Source: Chitinophagaceae bacterium (GTDB lineage: Bacteria > Bacteroidota > Bacteroidia > Cytophagales > Cytophagaceae). From it: DNA of 64,000 bases. How positions within the stretch are numbered: position 1 is the first letter of the stretch; each line of letters opens with the position of its first letter. The notes beneath the pieces were generated by a model, which saw only the letters and a program-made list of their open reading frames with translations, was not told where the DNA came from and did no database searches. The stretch covers positions 92,134 to 156,133 of the forward strand of contig JAQBNU010000098.1 of NCBI GenBank assembly GCA_028288365.1. The letters run 5' to 3'. Below are positions 22,652 to 31,583 of the stretch, piece by piece. Made by a program: the position numbers and the translations under genes.

Positions 22652-22735
22652 TTAGATTTTTTCGAACCAATAAATACATTTATAGAAGAGCCAGAAACAA
22701 AGGAGTCCGACAGCGATAAGAAGAATGCTTGTCAT
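22652..22735 (-). CDS. Second KdpF-like hydrophobic peptide (27 aa)
   Basis: Manual translation gives MTSILLIAVGLLCFWLFYKCIYWFEKI. Same architecture and similar C-terminus (..EKI versus ..EKF). Stop is 4 nt upstream of the kdpF ATG. Confidence 0.4.
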   Translation of the reverse strand: MTSILLIAVGLLCFWLFYKCIYWFEKI

Positions 22736-22938
22736 AAAGTTTAAATTATGTTTGAGATAAATGTGCATTTAATAAAAGGCCAGAAGTATGATTTCCAACA
22801 GTGATTAGATTGATCAAAATCACTATTGTTGTGGCATTTGGAATGTTACGCCAACTATTGTTCCAGCTTTCTCAAGATAGTATAAGTGTTTGTTTTATAG
22901 TTTGTTATTCCGATTTTATTTATTTTAACAATAAAAAA

Positions 22939-22978
22939 CCCTTTCGTTTTGAAAGGGTCAGTCTATCGTTTTGAAAGG
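22939..22978. promoter_or_regulatory. Two copies of the palindromic motif CTTTC-GTTTT-GAAAG upstream of the kdp operon (the first also forms the terminator hairpin of the upstream gene)
   Basis: CCCTTTCGTTTTGAAAGGG at 22939-22957 is followed on the minus strand by a T-run. CTATCGTTTTGAAAGG at 22963-22978. A third copy is at 25558-25574. Confidence 0.5.
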
Positions 22979-23005
22979 AACTTTTAGTTGTTGTCTTAAC
23001 ATTTA

Positions 23006-23359
23006 TTAAAGTTCATCGAGGTTTGATTTGCGCAATATCGCTGAACTGCTTTCAAAATTATACAACTCATTTTTCAAAACGCCAGGTAGGATGTGTTCAG
23101 AATGACTATAAGCGATCGTTAAGCTTAAACAGTAGAAAAAGGTATTGCTGAAAATTTCTTTGAAGTGTTTATCTCCTTTTACAAACGTAGTTTCTGCTAA
23201 TTTAAAACAGCGCTGAGCAATGTCAAGCTTGCCTTTGATAAGCATTAATTTAGTAAAATCAGCAAACTGCTTGATAACATTCAGTTTTTCCGAATCATTG
23301 GAGTGAACCTGCGTAAGTTCAACTTTTAAATTCCAAAGTTGTTTATAATCAGAAGTCAT
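23006..23359 (-). CDS. Hypothetical protein (117 aa)
   Basis: ORF tightly linked (10-nt gap) to the upstream aspartokinase-like gene. No recognisable motif. Confidence 0.4.
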   Translation of the reverse strand: MTSDYKQLWNLKVELTQVHSNDSEKLNVIKQFADFTKLMLIKGKLDIAQRCFKLAETTFVKGDKHFKEIFSNTFFYCLSLTIAYSHSEHILPGVLKNELYNFESSSAILRKSNLDEL

Positions 23360-23369
23360 AGGTGTATGT

Positions 23370-24773
23370 TTAAAGTGTATGGAGTAAGGGTTGAGGTAAT
23401 AAAATGGTGTTGTTCAGTTGGCAGATTGCTTTTTTAAAATCATTTCGAGCGACGATCAATTGAAGGTTTACTTTTCGATACGAGAATCCTACGCTCAAAA
23501 TATTTATTTCCGCCTTTGTAAGTATATCTGCTACGTTAGCCAATAAGTGAGGTTCATTAATATTTGAACCGATAACAGAAACTATGGCTACTTTTTCAAC
23601 CATGACTTTTTCAAATTCATGTTGCAATTTTTCTAGTATTTCTTTTTTGAATGATCTTTCCCATATGACCATGGATATGCCGTTGGCGCTTGTAGTTTTG
23701 AAAATATAACTGATGTCATAGGCTTTAAATAATTCCATGATTTTTAAATCTGAGCCAACGGAGCCGACCATTAAAGGATCGTAAATATCAAGGATCAAAA
23801 CTTTATCTGTGCCTGTAATGACTTCTATTTTTTTTACAGGCGAGAGGTATTCTTTTGTGATGAGCGTACCAGGATGCTCTGGTTGAAATGTGTTCTTAAT
23901 GCGGAGGTTGATGTTGTTGATCTCAAGAGGTTTTGATGCTTTGGGATGAATAGCCTCCATTCCAATGTCCGCGAGTTGATCTGCGATATCATAATTTGTA
24001 AAACCAATCGGTACACAATGATCAACCCCTACAATAGCTGGGTCAGCAGAAGATAGATGGTATTCTTTATGAATGATTGCTTCCGCAGGTTTTACAGTGA
24101 CCGCTACCTTGCTAAAGGTAACATCCGAATATCCTCTATCGAATTCACGCATGATGCCTTCTTTCCCTTTAGCGTAACCTGTCACGACGCAAATCGTTTG
24201 ATCGAAGGCAATACCTTTTAAATTGTTTTCTATGCGTTCACTGATGGTATAAGGCTCGTGATCGTAAAAGCCACTGAGATCAATAAATGTAGCGTGGATA
24301 TTATTATTTTGGAGAATATTTACAAAATTAAAAGCAGAGTGCATTTCTCCGATAGAGGCCAGAATTTCTCTTGCCGCTTGTAATATACTTTCATCACTTA
24401 CATAACCCGAAGCAAGAATATTAGCTAAGTTCTCCAAGTAGTTTTCTGCATCATAAATCCTTTGTTCAATAAAATCGTTTGCAACTTCGAGGTTCAATCC
24501 TATACTTTCATATTGCTTGTTGATGGCTTGCAAACGTTCTGTGATTTCATACAGAGATTGATGAAAGTCTTTATACTCCGCAATGCGATGGTAAATCCCT
24601 GGTTCTCCTGTTTTTTTATTTTCTAATAACCAATTGGTGACACCTGCATATGCTGATACTACAAAGATCCGGTTGTATAATTCAGCACCACTGCGATTGT
24701 AGCATATGATATTTTTGAGTACCATATCCATGGCACTCATACTTGTTCCTCCTATTTTTTCTACTGAAAGCAT
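23370..24773 (-). CDS. Aspartate kinase (amino-acid kinase family with two C-terminal ACT domains), divergent
   Basis: EKIGGTSM, VVSAYAGVTNWLL, DRGYSDVT and EAIHPKA resemble the aspartokinase motifs KFGGTS, VVSAMxGxTD, GRGGSD and LHPRT. ACT-like C-terminus (VAIVSVIGSNI...). Confidence 0.65.
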   Translation of the reverse strand: MLSVEKIGGTSMSAMDMVLKNIICYNRSGAELYNRIFVVSAYAGVTNWLLENKKTGEPGIYHRIAEYKDFHQSLYEITERLQAINKQYESIGLNLEVANDFIEQRIYDAENYLENLANILASGYVSDESILQAAREILASIGEMHSAFNFVNILQNNNIHATFIDLSGFYDHEPYTISERIENNLKGIAFDQTICVVTGYAKGKEGIMREFDRGYSDVTFSKVAVTVKPAEAIIHKEYHLSSADPAIVGVDHCVPIGFTNYDIADQLADIGMEAIHPKASKPLEINNINLRIKNTFQPEHPGTLITKEYLSPVKKIEVITGTDKVLILDIYDPLMVGSVGSDLKIMELFKAYDISYIFKTTSANGISMVIWERSFKKEILEKLQHEFEKVMVEKVAIVSVIGSNINEPHLLANVADILTKAEINILSVGFSYRKVNLQLIVARNDFKKAICQLNNTILLPQPLLHTL

Positions 24774-24781
24774 ATGATCAG

Positions 24782-25027
24782 TTATTTAGATGGGCGAACA
24801 ATACTATACGTTTCCCATATACCACCGCTATTTTCAATATATGTATTGAATTTTAGAAACACATTGGCCAGCTCGTGTTCATGACATGTTGTAGTAATCC
24901 GTATTTTCGGGGTATTGTGTGATTGGACTCTACTGATCATCGTATGTTTGATCAATCCTGCGTCACGAATGATTTTTTTAAACGTGTCCAGTATGATGTG
25001 ATCGGTTATAAATTCTATCGTTTTCAT
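24782..25027 (-). CDS. Small conserved hypothetical protein (81 aa), paralog of the 25198-25461 product; possibly a PII-like ferredoxin-fold protein
   Basis: N-terminus MKTIEFITDHIIL resembles PII-like MKKIEAII. Shares MK.E.I, ILxD and TTC positions with its paralog. Confidence 0.4.
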   Translation of the reverse strand: MKTIEFITDHIILDTFKKIIRDAGLIKHTMISRVQSHNTPKIRITTTCHEHELANVFLKFNTYIENSGGIWETYSIVRPSK

Positions 25028-25063
25028 TTGAGCTAAGGGTAAAGTGAAATAAGAGTTGACTTA

Positions 25064-25171
25064 TTACATAATAAAAAGAGCTAATAGTAGAATTGCCAAT
25101 GCCACAATCAATACGATGGCATTGGTTTCTCTTTCTTGGTCTTTCGACATCTTTTTCATTTTAATGGACAT
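25064..25171 (-). CDS. Small membrane peptide (35 aa)
   Basis: Manual translation gives MSIKMKKMSKDQERETNAIVLIVALAILLLALFIM. Lies between the two paralogous small genes on the same strand. Confidence 0.35.
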   Translation of the reverse strand: MSIKMKKMSKDQERETNAIVLIVALAILLLALFIM

Positions 25172-25197
25172 TAACGATGTGCAGCGAAATCAGAAGG

Positions 25198-25461
25198 TTA
25201 GTAATAAGACAAACTATAAATACCTTTGCGTCCTTCGATGAATGGAGTAACAGAAGTCATATTTTTTTCTTTCTGTTTTGTTGTACAGGTAGTCAATAAT
25301 TTAATTTTATCAGTATGAGGAAATGCACCGGATACATTGATGCTCATGGATTGGGCTATCGTATGGTGAAGACTACCGGTAGCTTTTAAGATGTATAGAA
25401 TATCCTGCAGGATGTTGGGCTGAATAATGATTTCTACTTTCATGGCGATCTCTTTTTCCAA
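25198..25461 (-). CDS. Small conserved hypothetical protein (87 aa), paralog of the 24782-25027 product
   Basis: MKVEIIIQPNILQDILYILKATG... First gene of a minus-strand five-gene operon. Confidence 0.4.
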   Translation of the reverse strand: MEKEIAMKVEIIIQPNILQDILYILKATGSLHHTIAQSMSINVSGAFPHTDKIKLLTTCTTKQKEKNMTSVTPFIEGRKGIYSLSYY

Positions 25462-25609
25462 GAAGAAGCCAAATTTGATGCCACTGATTTTTTTTCAATC
25501 AGATTATTTATAATCAGCCATTTAAAAAATAAGAGGGTTAATACTCTTTGAATAGTACTTTCGTTTTGATAGGGTTGTTTTTAATAATGAAAGGATTCAT
25601 TATTAGTTA

Positions 25610-26953
25610 TTAACTGATTTTATATTCCTCCAGTTTTCTATAAAGTGTGGTAAGTGCAATGTTTAGCAAACGAGCGGCTTCTGTTTTATTTCCGTTCGTG
25701 TAATTCAATACTTTTTGGATATGCAATCTTTCCACACTCGATAAGTCGAAAGCAGAAAGTGTTTTTCCTTCAGAGGCGACAGTATGTTGTAGAATTTCCA
25801 AGGGCAACGAATCGATGGAGAGTTCTCCTGCTATGTGAAGAATCACGCTTCGTTCGATGACGTTTTTGAGTTCTCTGATATTACCTGGCCAAGTATGTGA
25901 TTTGAGCTGTTCGATGTAATCGCTGCTGATACCGGTAATTTTTTTATTGGCTTTTTCCGAGTAAATAGAAAGAAAATGTTTGGCTAACAATTCAAGGTCA
26001 GTTGGCCTTTCTCTTAAAGGAGGTAAAGTAATTTGAAAAACAGAAAGACGGTAATATAAATCACTTCTGAAGTGGCCGCTTTCAGCGTCTTTCAACAAGT
26101 CCCTGTTGGTGGCGGCAATGACACGTACATTGACTTTGGTAGGTTTCGTATCTCCCACTTTAATAAATTCTCCGGTTTCTAATACGCGCAACAATTTAGC
26201 TTGCAACTCCAAACTCATTTCTCCCAGTTCGTCCAGGAAGATGCTTCCGGTGTTAGCTTCTTCAAACAATCCTTTTTTATCTTTTATGGCGCCGGTAAAA
26301 GCACCGGCTCTGTAACCAAACAATTCGCTTTCCAGAATGTCTTTACCAAATGCAGAACAGTTGATGGCCACAAAGGATTTATTTTTTCTATTGCTTTCGT
26401 AATGTATCGCTTGTGCAAATACTTCTTTACCTGTACCTGTTTCTCCTAATAGTAAAACAGTAGTATCGGTTGGTGCTACTTTTTTAGCTAAATCTATGGC
26501 TTGTAAAATAACTTTAGATTTGCCGATGATGCCATCGAAGGAATATTTTTTATTGACCTGTTTTTCTAAAGAAAGTATTCTTTTTTGAAGGACAGCTTTT
26601 TCTGCGGCACGTGCTAAGAGAGGAATGATTTTATTGTTGTCATCGCCTTTTGTAATGTAATCAAAAGCTCCGTTCTTCATGGCTTGTACACCATCCGGAA
26701 TATTTCCGTAAGCAGTCATGACAATGATTTCAGAAAAAGGATACTTCGTTTTTATTTCTTTTACTAATTCTATCCCACTGCAATCAGGTAATTTGACATC
26801 ACACAACACAACATCTACATCAGAAAGCTCTAGTTTTTTTAACCCCATTTTTCCATTTGGAGCTTCCTGTACTTCATAGCCTTCTAGTGCGATGACGCGA
26901 CTTAGTAAGCTGCGTAGTTTTTCTTCGTCGTCAATGATTAATACTTTATACAA
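25610..26953 (-). CDS. Sigma-54-dependent response regulator (NtrC/Fis family): receiver, AAA+ sigma-54 activation domain, HTH
   Basis: Receiver D-box LCDVKLPD. Walker A GETGTGKE. ESELFGY. C-terminal Fis-type HTH. Confidence 0.92.
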   Translation of the reverse strand: MYKVLIIDDEEKLRSLLSRVIALEGYEVQEAPNGKMGLKKLELSDVDVVLCDVKLPDCSGIELVKEIKTKYPFSEIIVMTAYGNIPDGVQAMKNGAFDYITKGDDNNKIIPLLARAAEKAVLQKRILSLEKQVNKKYSFDGIIGKSKVILQAIDLAKKVAPTDTTVLLLGETGTGKEVFAQAIHYESNRKNKSFVAINCSAFGKDILESELFGYRAGAFTGAIKDKKGLFEEANTGSIFLDELGEMSLELQAKLLRVLETGEFIKVGDTKPTKVNVRVIAATNRDLLKDAESGHFRSDLYYRLSVFQITLPPLRERPTDLELLAKHFLSIYSEKANKKITGISSDYIEQLKSHTWPGNIRELKNVIERSVILHIAGELSIDSLPLEILQHTVASEGKTLSAFDLSSVERLHIQKVLNYTNGNKTEAARLLNIALTTLYRKLEEYKIS

Positions 26954-27145
26954 AATGTTTAGTGTTTAGAGATAATGATTTCATTTAAAAGTAAAAATTA
27001 ATATGCAATCTGTATCATCCTTAAGATAGTTATTTTATTTTCTTATAGTAAATGCGGCTATTTCGCAGAAGCCTGCAATTATAAAATACGATAGATCCCT
27101 TTTACAATTTATTATTGTAAAAGGGATCTATCGTATCAGTAAAGT

Positions 27146-28627
27146 TTATAGGCGGAAAAGCACAGCAAAAATTACTCGGTCCTCTGTCTTTACAAGGTCC
27201 GGCGTCCAGTCTGGAGGAACGGATGTTGTTGTCCATCCAGAAGGAGATGTTACACCGCCATGTCCCGCGAAATACCCGACATTGGCGTGTCGATGTACAT
27301 ACTCTAGACGGAAGGTAACGTGTCGATTCGGCATCCAGTCAAAATTGGTGGAACAATCCCAACCCGTAAACTGGTCTCCTGGATTTGCACTGAAAGGATG
27401 GGTACCCTCTGTGGTAGTCGGGTTGTTAGGATTGGGCTGAGGACTGGCATCGCCTGTTGGAGCAAGTACTAAATAACGTCCTGGATTTTGTATGAAACCA
27501 CCACCGATTGTCCAGGCGAAGTGATCCTTATTAAACCACATGCGATTATAAAACATGGCACTAAGAAAATATTGTGCCGGTCCATTGGCAGCACTACTGG
27601 TGAAACCGTTGACACCACCACCTTTTTCAAAACCAACGTCAGCGGTTAGTGAAAATGCCATTTTACTAATGCCCGTTGATTTAGGAGAATTGTAATACCT
27701 TACCAATGCGCTGTTGTCTGAATGAAATCGTTTCCTTCCAGGAATAAGTGCGGCATCGGCACCGTAGTAATCGTTCGTCAGCAACTTTACATTTTCATTT
27801 GGACACCAAGTAATATTTCCACCTACACCTGGTTGATGGTTGATCATGCCATAGCTTTGCCAACCGTTAATGAGCCAAGGTTCAATTTTCAAGTGTTTGT
27901 TTACGTGAACTTGTACTCTGATACCATTGAAGAACCATGGTGTATTGTCAGATGTATATGAAGCTTGGTATTCCCAGTTTTCTACTTGATAGTAAGAGTT
28001 AAGACCAATGTACGATACGAACATACCTGCATCTACATTGATACCATGTAACACATTGAAATGATAACCGGCATTTGCTTCACCTAAGTAACGATAGGCA
28101 TTGTCAAGGTGATACTGACCGCGATAAAAACTGATATCGTCACGAGGTATAATCGTAGAGTTTGCACCATACATGGCTATCAGACGGGCACGTGCATTCT
28201 TATAATGGAAATCTCCGCCTATAAAAGCAGCGGCCAATTGTATTTCATTATTTCTACCTAAAGCGGTGGAGCCGACTACCGTGTTGTCAATCGGATTGGC
28301 AAATGAATACGTGGCATTGATATCGAGCATCACTGTTGGTGTAAAATACTTACCTGCTAAAGTTGGTTTTGATCTTCGATCTCCTCCGTTCCACCAGGAT
28401 ACATCATAGCCTTCGAGCCATTCTCCTTTTTGTTTATTTAAAGTGACTTGATCTTCTTCTAAAGAATCAACGACTTCAATTTCTGCGGTTGCTTTTTTCA
28501 AGCTATCTGCTTCCAATAATTCTTTTTTCAATTGTTGGATGATCTCTTGTTTTTCTTGTGGAGTGATTGTTTGCGCCATCAAACGATGGCTGAAGAATAA
28601 AACGAGAAGGAGTACAATTTTTTTCAT
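27146..28627 (-). CDS. Outer-membrane beta-barrel protein (porin-like), secreted
   Basis: Signal peptide MKKIVLLLVLFFSHRLMAQ. Aromatic-rich amphipathic strands and Gly/aromatic-rich loops. Confidence 0.5.
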   Translation of the reverse strand: MKKIVLLLVLFFSHRLMAQTITPQEKQEIIQQLKKELLEADSLKKATAEIEVVDSLEEDQVTLNKQKGEWLEGYDVSWWNGGDRRSKPTLAGKYFTPTVMLDINATYSFANPIDNTVVGSTALGRNNEIQLAAAFIGGDFHYKNARARLIAMYGANSTIIPRDDISFYRGQYHLDNAYRYLGEANAGYHFNVLHGINVDAGMFVSYIGLNSYYQVENWEYQASYTSDNTPWFFNGIRVQVHVNKHLKIEPWLINGWQSYGMINHQPGVGGNITWCPNENVKLLTNDYYGADAALIPGRKRFHSDNSALVRYYNSPKSTGISKMAFSLTADVGFEKGGGVNGFTSSAANGPAQYFLSAMFYNRMWFNKDHFAWTIGGGFIQNPGRYLVLAPTGDASPQPNPNNPTTTEGTHPFSANPGDQFTGWDCSTNFDWMPNRHVTFRLEYVHRHANVGYFAGHGGVTSPSGWTTTSVPPDWTPDLVKTEDRVIFAVLFRL

Positions 28628-29050
28628 GACAATACTTTGTTTGTTGTTAGCGGTGTAATTTTACTTTTACCATAAATACGTATCAATGACACATATCAAT
28701 TTATTGAGTGACCTCTGTTAGTCAAAAGCCATGCCTTTGCCTGGTTTGTATTCATGAAAGATTCCAATGCATTAATATTCTACAGATTAGAAGCCCATTG
28801 AAAAAAAGCCCATTGGTTTTTCTCTTTTTATTTTTTTCATTTTGATAGGGTAGAATTATCAAAATGAAATGGTCATGACTATCGAAGTCTCATTGACATT
28901 TAGAAAACCCGTAAGAGATTTGTTCTTTACACAAAATAAAAATGGTGTTTTGGAGAAAGTAAGGGGAGTAGTTAAAAAAATGTCAGGTTAAACAGATATG
29001 CAATAAAAGCGATATCATAAAGGGAAGAGTTGTTAATTGTAGTGATGATT

Positions 29051-29545
29051 TTATTTTTCTTTACTCAACATCCCTTTAAAAGTTTCTTTACCAGGAGCCA
29101 GTTTCTTCAGATTTTCAATGAGTGTAAGGGCACGATCAATTCTAAGCTGCGTATTTTTGACGGCGCAGACATGTCGGATAATGAACCGTTGCTTGCCCGG
29201 TATCAATTGTTGAAAGCGTTTGAATCCTTCTTTGTCCTGTGCAAAAACTTCCACCAGTTCTTCAGGTATCTCTGCACCAAATTCACTGTCGTCATTTTTT
29301 AATACAACCTGTACCTTATCACCTTTTTTAAGTTTCAGTTCCTTCAGCCTTTTTGCATTCAAACTGATGTAACCCTTGCCTTCACCTAATGCGACGATGC
29401 CGCATTGAAAAGTGAGTTGGTTGTTGATGGTGCACAGCAAACGCACATTGAATTTTCCTCCCAGTTTTTTGACAATCGATACCGGAATTTCTATGTAGTG
29501 CGTGTTGAGGTAATCTAAACGATAAACGTGCGAAGTGAATTTCAT
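29051..29545 (-). CDS. DUF1905 / YdeI-OmpD-associated family protein
   Basis: N-terminal DUF1905-like segment (YIEIPVSIVKKLGGKFNVRLLCTINN) plus a YdeI-like C-terminus. Confidence 0.5.
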   Translation of the reverse strand: MKFTSHVYRLDYLNTHYIEIPVSIVKKLGGKFNVRLLCTINNQLTFQCGIVALGEGKGYISLNAKRLKELKLKKGDKVQVVLKNDDSEFGAEIPEELVEVFAQDKEGFKRFQQLIPGKQRFIIRHVCAVKNTQLRIDRALTLIENLKKLAPGKETFKGMLSKEK

Positions 29546-29645
29546 AGCAAGTAGGTTGAGCTATGCATGCAAGATAATGTTTTTTGTGAGCTTAAGCTTG
29601 AGCGGTATGCAAGGATGAATAAAAAATGTTACCGTTCACTATTCA

Positions 29646-31583
29646 TTATCTTCTCTTCACCACTTTAAAAGTTTTATTCAACGTTTCCGTTTGCACGATT
29701 ACCACATAAAACCCAACAGAGGGAGGAAGCGTTTTTCCAAAATAAAGAGGACCTGAAACATTAGTATGGTGTTCCTGCAATAATACACGACCTACTGCAT
29801 CGACAACAGAAAGTACTCGGGATGTTGTTACACCAGGAATCACAAGAGCGGTCTCCACATCAAAGACAGGATTCTGTATATAGACATCGGCAGTTTCCTG
29901 TAAGGTTATTTTTTTGATCGAACTATTGTTTGCACTACCATCAACGTCTGTTGTGTTCAACTGATAATATACCGTACCACTCTCTGGCAAATTGGTATCG
30001 TCAAAATAATAAGACCGCGCTGTATGGCTTTCCCCTGCTGCGGTTACTCGCCCTATAGGAACAAAGTGTGTACCGTCCAGCGATCGCATGACGGTGAAGT
30101 AACTGGTGTTAAGTTCTAGTGAAGTAGTCCAGGTAACGTGTCCCTTGTTTTGAACATGCACGACGTCAAAGGAAAGAAGTTCTACAGGCAAGGAACAGCT
30201 TACTGTAACGGTCATGTTGAATGTTGTAAAACCTAGACAAGGATCAGGGATCTCAACAGAATAAGTCGTAGTAGCGGTTGGTGTTAATGTTACACTAGAA
30301 CTATAAATGTCAGGGCTAATGGTTGAATTGGTTCCATTGTTTGTTGACCATAAATAATTGGGTTGCCCGTATACCCTAAATTCCCAGATGGAATAACCGT
30401 AAGCAGATAAGGATCGTGCAGTACCATATATTCTGACATATCTGACGTTGGTGATACCCGTCAATGGAATAGAGTTATGACCTCCGGGATTTGTTGTTGT
30501 CGAGTAAACGGTAGTCCATGCAACAGAATCCGTAGAAGTTTGCAATAGAAAAGAGGTAGCATAAGCTCCTTCCCAATCTATGGTAACACTATCAAGGTTA
30601 GTAGGTGATTGCAAATCTACAAAGACCCATTGCGGATCTACCTGCCAGACACTTTCCCATCGACTGCCCAGGTTGCCATCTACCATGAGTGAAGCATTGC
30701 TTTGATTGCTTGAAGCGTGTATTGGATTGTTGAGTGCAAGATCCGTTCCTCTCAGGTTAGTAAGAGGATCAAGTGTAACAGGGATGGAACCACTACAAAT
30801 CGTAGTGTCTTGTAAAAGATGAGTAGTGTTGGTGGTGTCAAGCTGAATTTGTTGTATGTTGTTATGTCCTCCGGTGGAAGACGTAAAGCCCCAATATACC
30901 CATGGACTCGCTGTAAATACATTTGCCTGGAGATCGTAAACAGTAGATATTCTCAAAGAGTTATTGAAGTAAACCGTTAATAGTTTAGTAGTAGGGTTGT
31001 AGTTGATTTGAAAATTGTACCATAATCCTGTTTTTAAATTGGTAAGAACAGGGTCCATTTGTACCGGTCCGAATAAGTCATTTGGGTTAGGAGTACCTGT
31101 GATGGAATGAACGACATCTCCATTTTTTTCAAAGGCGATGTGATCATAAACCGGATCATTATTTAGTTCAGTACCTGTTCCCGATATATTCTGATAGGTG
31201 TCAAACTCTACTGCGACAGATTGGCCCGGCATACCGGAATATCCCAATCCACCGCCACCGCTTCCAGCTGACAAGCAATTATTTTGCATGACAAATGTAA
31301 CTCCATCTGCCCCTCCTGGATCTGCTCCAAAATTTATTTGACCTTGCACATTAAAAGGCTTATTCAGGTTATGTTGTAGTTTATACCACATGGCTCCAAA
31401 TTCATTATTTACAGCTTGAGTAAGCTGATAGGTTCCTCCACCCAAATTGACGGTCACTCCATTGAGCTGGAATTGACCGATAGCCATAAATGGCAGCAGT
31501 AAAAAGATAAAAGGAAGTACTATTTTTTTCATTGCTATTAGAGTATCTGCCAATGGTGTATTGTTTTTTCGATTTTTGTACAA
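29646..31583 (-). CDS. T9SS-secreted protein with legume-lectin-like domain, F5/8 type C (discoidin) domain and type A C-terminal sorting domain
   Basis: N-terminal lectin_legB-like region. Discoidin motif (GNLGSRWES...VRYVRIYGTAR...WEFRVYG). Por_Secre_tail-like C-terminus. Confidence 0.75.
   Translation of the reverse strand: MYKNRKNNTPLADTLIAMKKIVLPFIFLLLPFMAIGQFQLNGVTVNLGGGTYQLTQAVNNEFGAMWYKLQHNLNKPFNVQGQINFGADPGGADGVTFVMQNNCLSAGSGGGGLGYSGMPGQSVAVEFDTYQNISGTGTELNNDPVYDHIAFEKNGDVVHSITGTPNPNDLFGPVQMDPVLTNLKTGLWYNFQINYNPTTKLLTVYFNNSLRISTVYDLQANVFTASPWVYWGFTSSTGGHNNIQQIQLDTTNTTHLLQDTTICSGSIPVTLDPLTNLRGTDLALNNPIHASSNQSNASLMVDGNLGSRWESVWQVDPQWVFVDLQSPTNLDSVTIDWEGAYATSFLLQTSTDSVAWTTVYSTTTNPGGHNSIPLTGITNVRYVRIYGTARSLSAYGYSIWEFRVYGQPNYLWSTNNGTNSTISPDIYSSSVTLTPTATTTYSVEIPDPCLGFTTFNMTVTVSCSLPVELLSFDVVHVQNKGHVTWTTSLELNTSYFTVMRSLDGTHFVPIGRVTAAGESHTARSYYFDDTNLPESGTVYYQLNTTDVDGSANNSSIKKITLQETADVYIQNPVFDVETALVIPGVTTSRVLSVVDAVGRVLLQEHHTNVSGPLYFGKTLPPSVGFYVVIVQTETLNKTFKVVKRR

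Noticed and set aside
22736-22935. Sigma-54 (-24 GG / -12 GC) promoter for the kdp operon
   Set aside because: The best candidates, TGGAACAATAGTTGGC (wrong -12 dinucleotide) and TGGCCTTTTATTAAATGCA (spacing 3 nt too long), do not fit the consensus. No confident call without a Bacteroidota-specific model.
25056-25241. 61-aa plus-strand ORF between the two small paralogous genes
   Set aside because: It is antisense to the better-supported 35-aa membrane peptide ORF and to the operon direction, with an unremarkable sequence.
28628-29050. Direct AGCCCATTG repeats and a 12-bp inverted repeat (TTCATTTTGATA...TATCAAAATGAA) in the 420-bp region upstream of the porin-like gene
   Set aside because: Short and low-complexity; they could be chance in AT-rich DNA. 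No supporting context beyond possible promoter or operator function.
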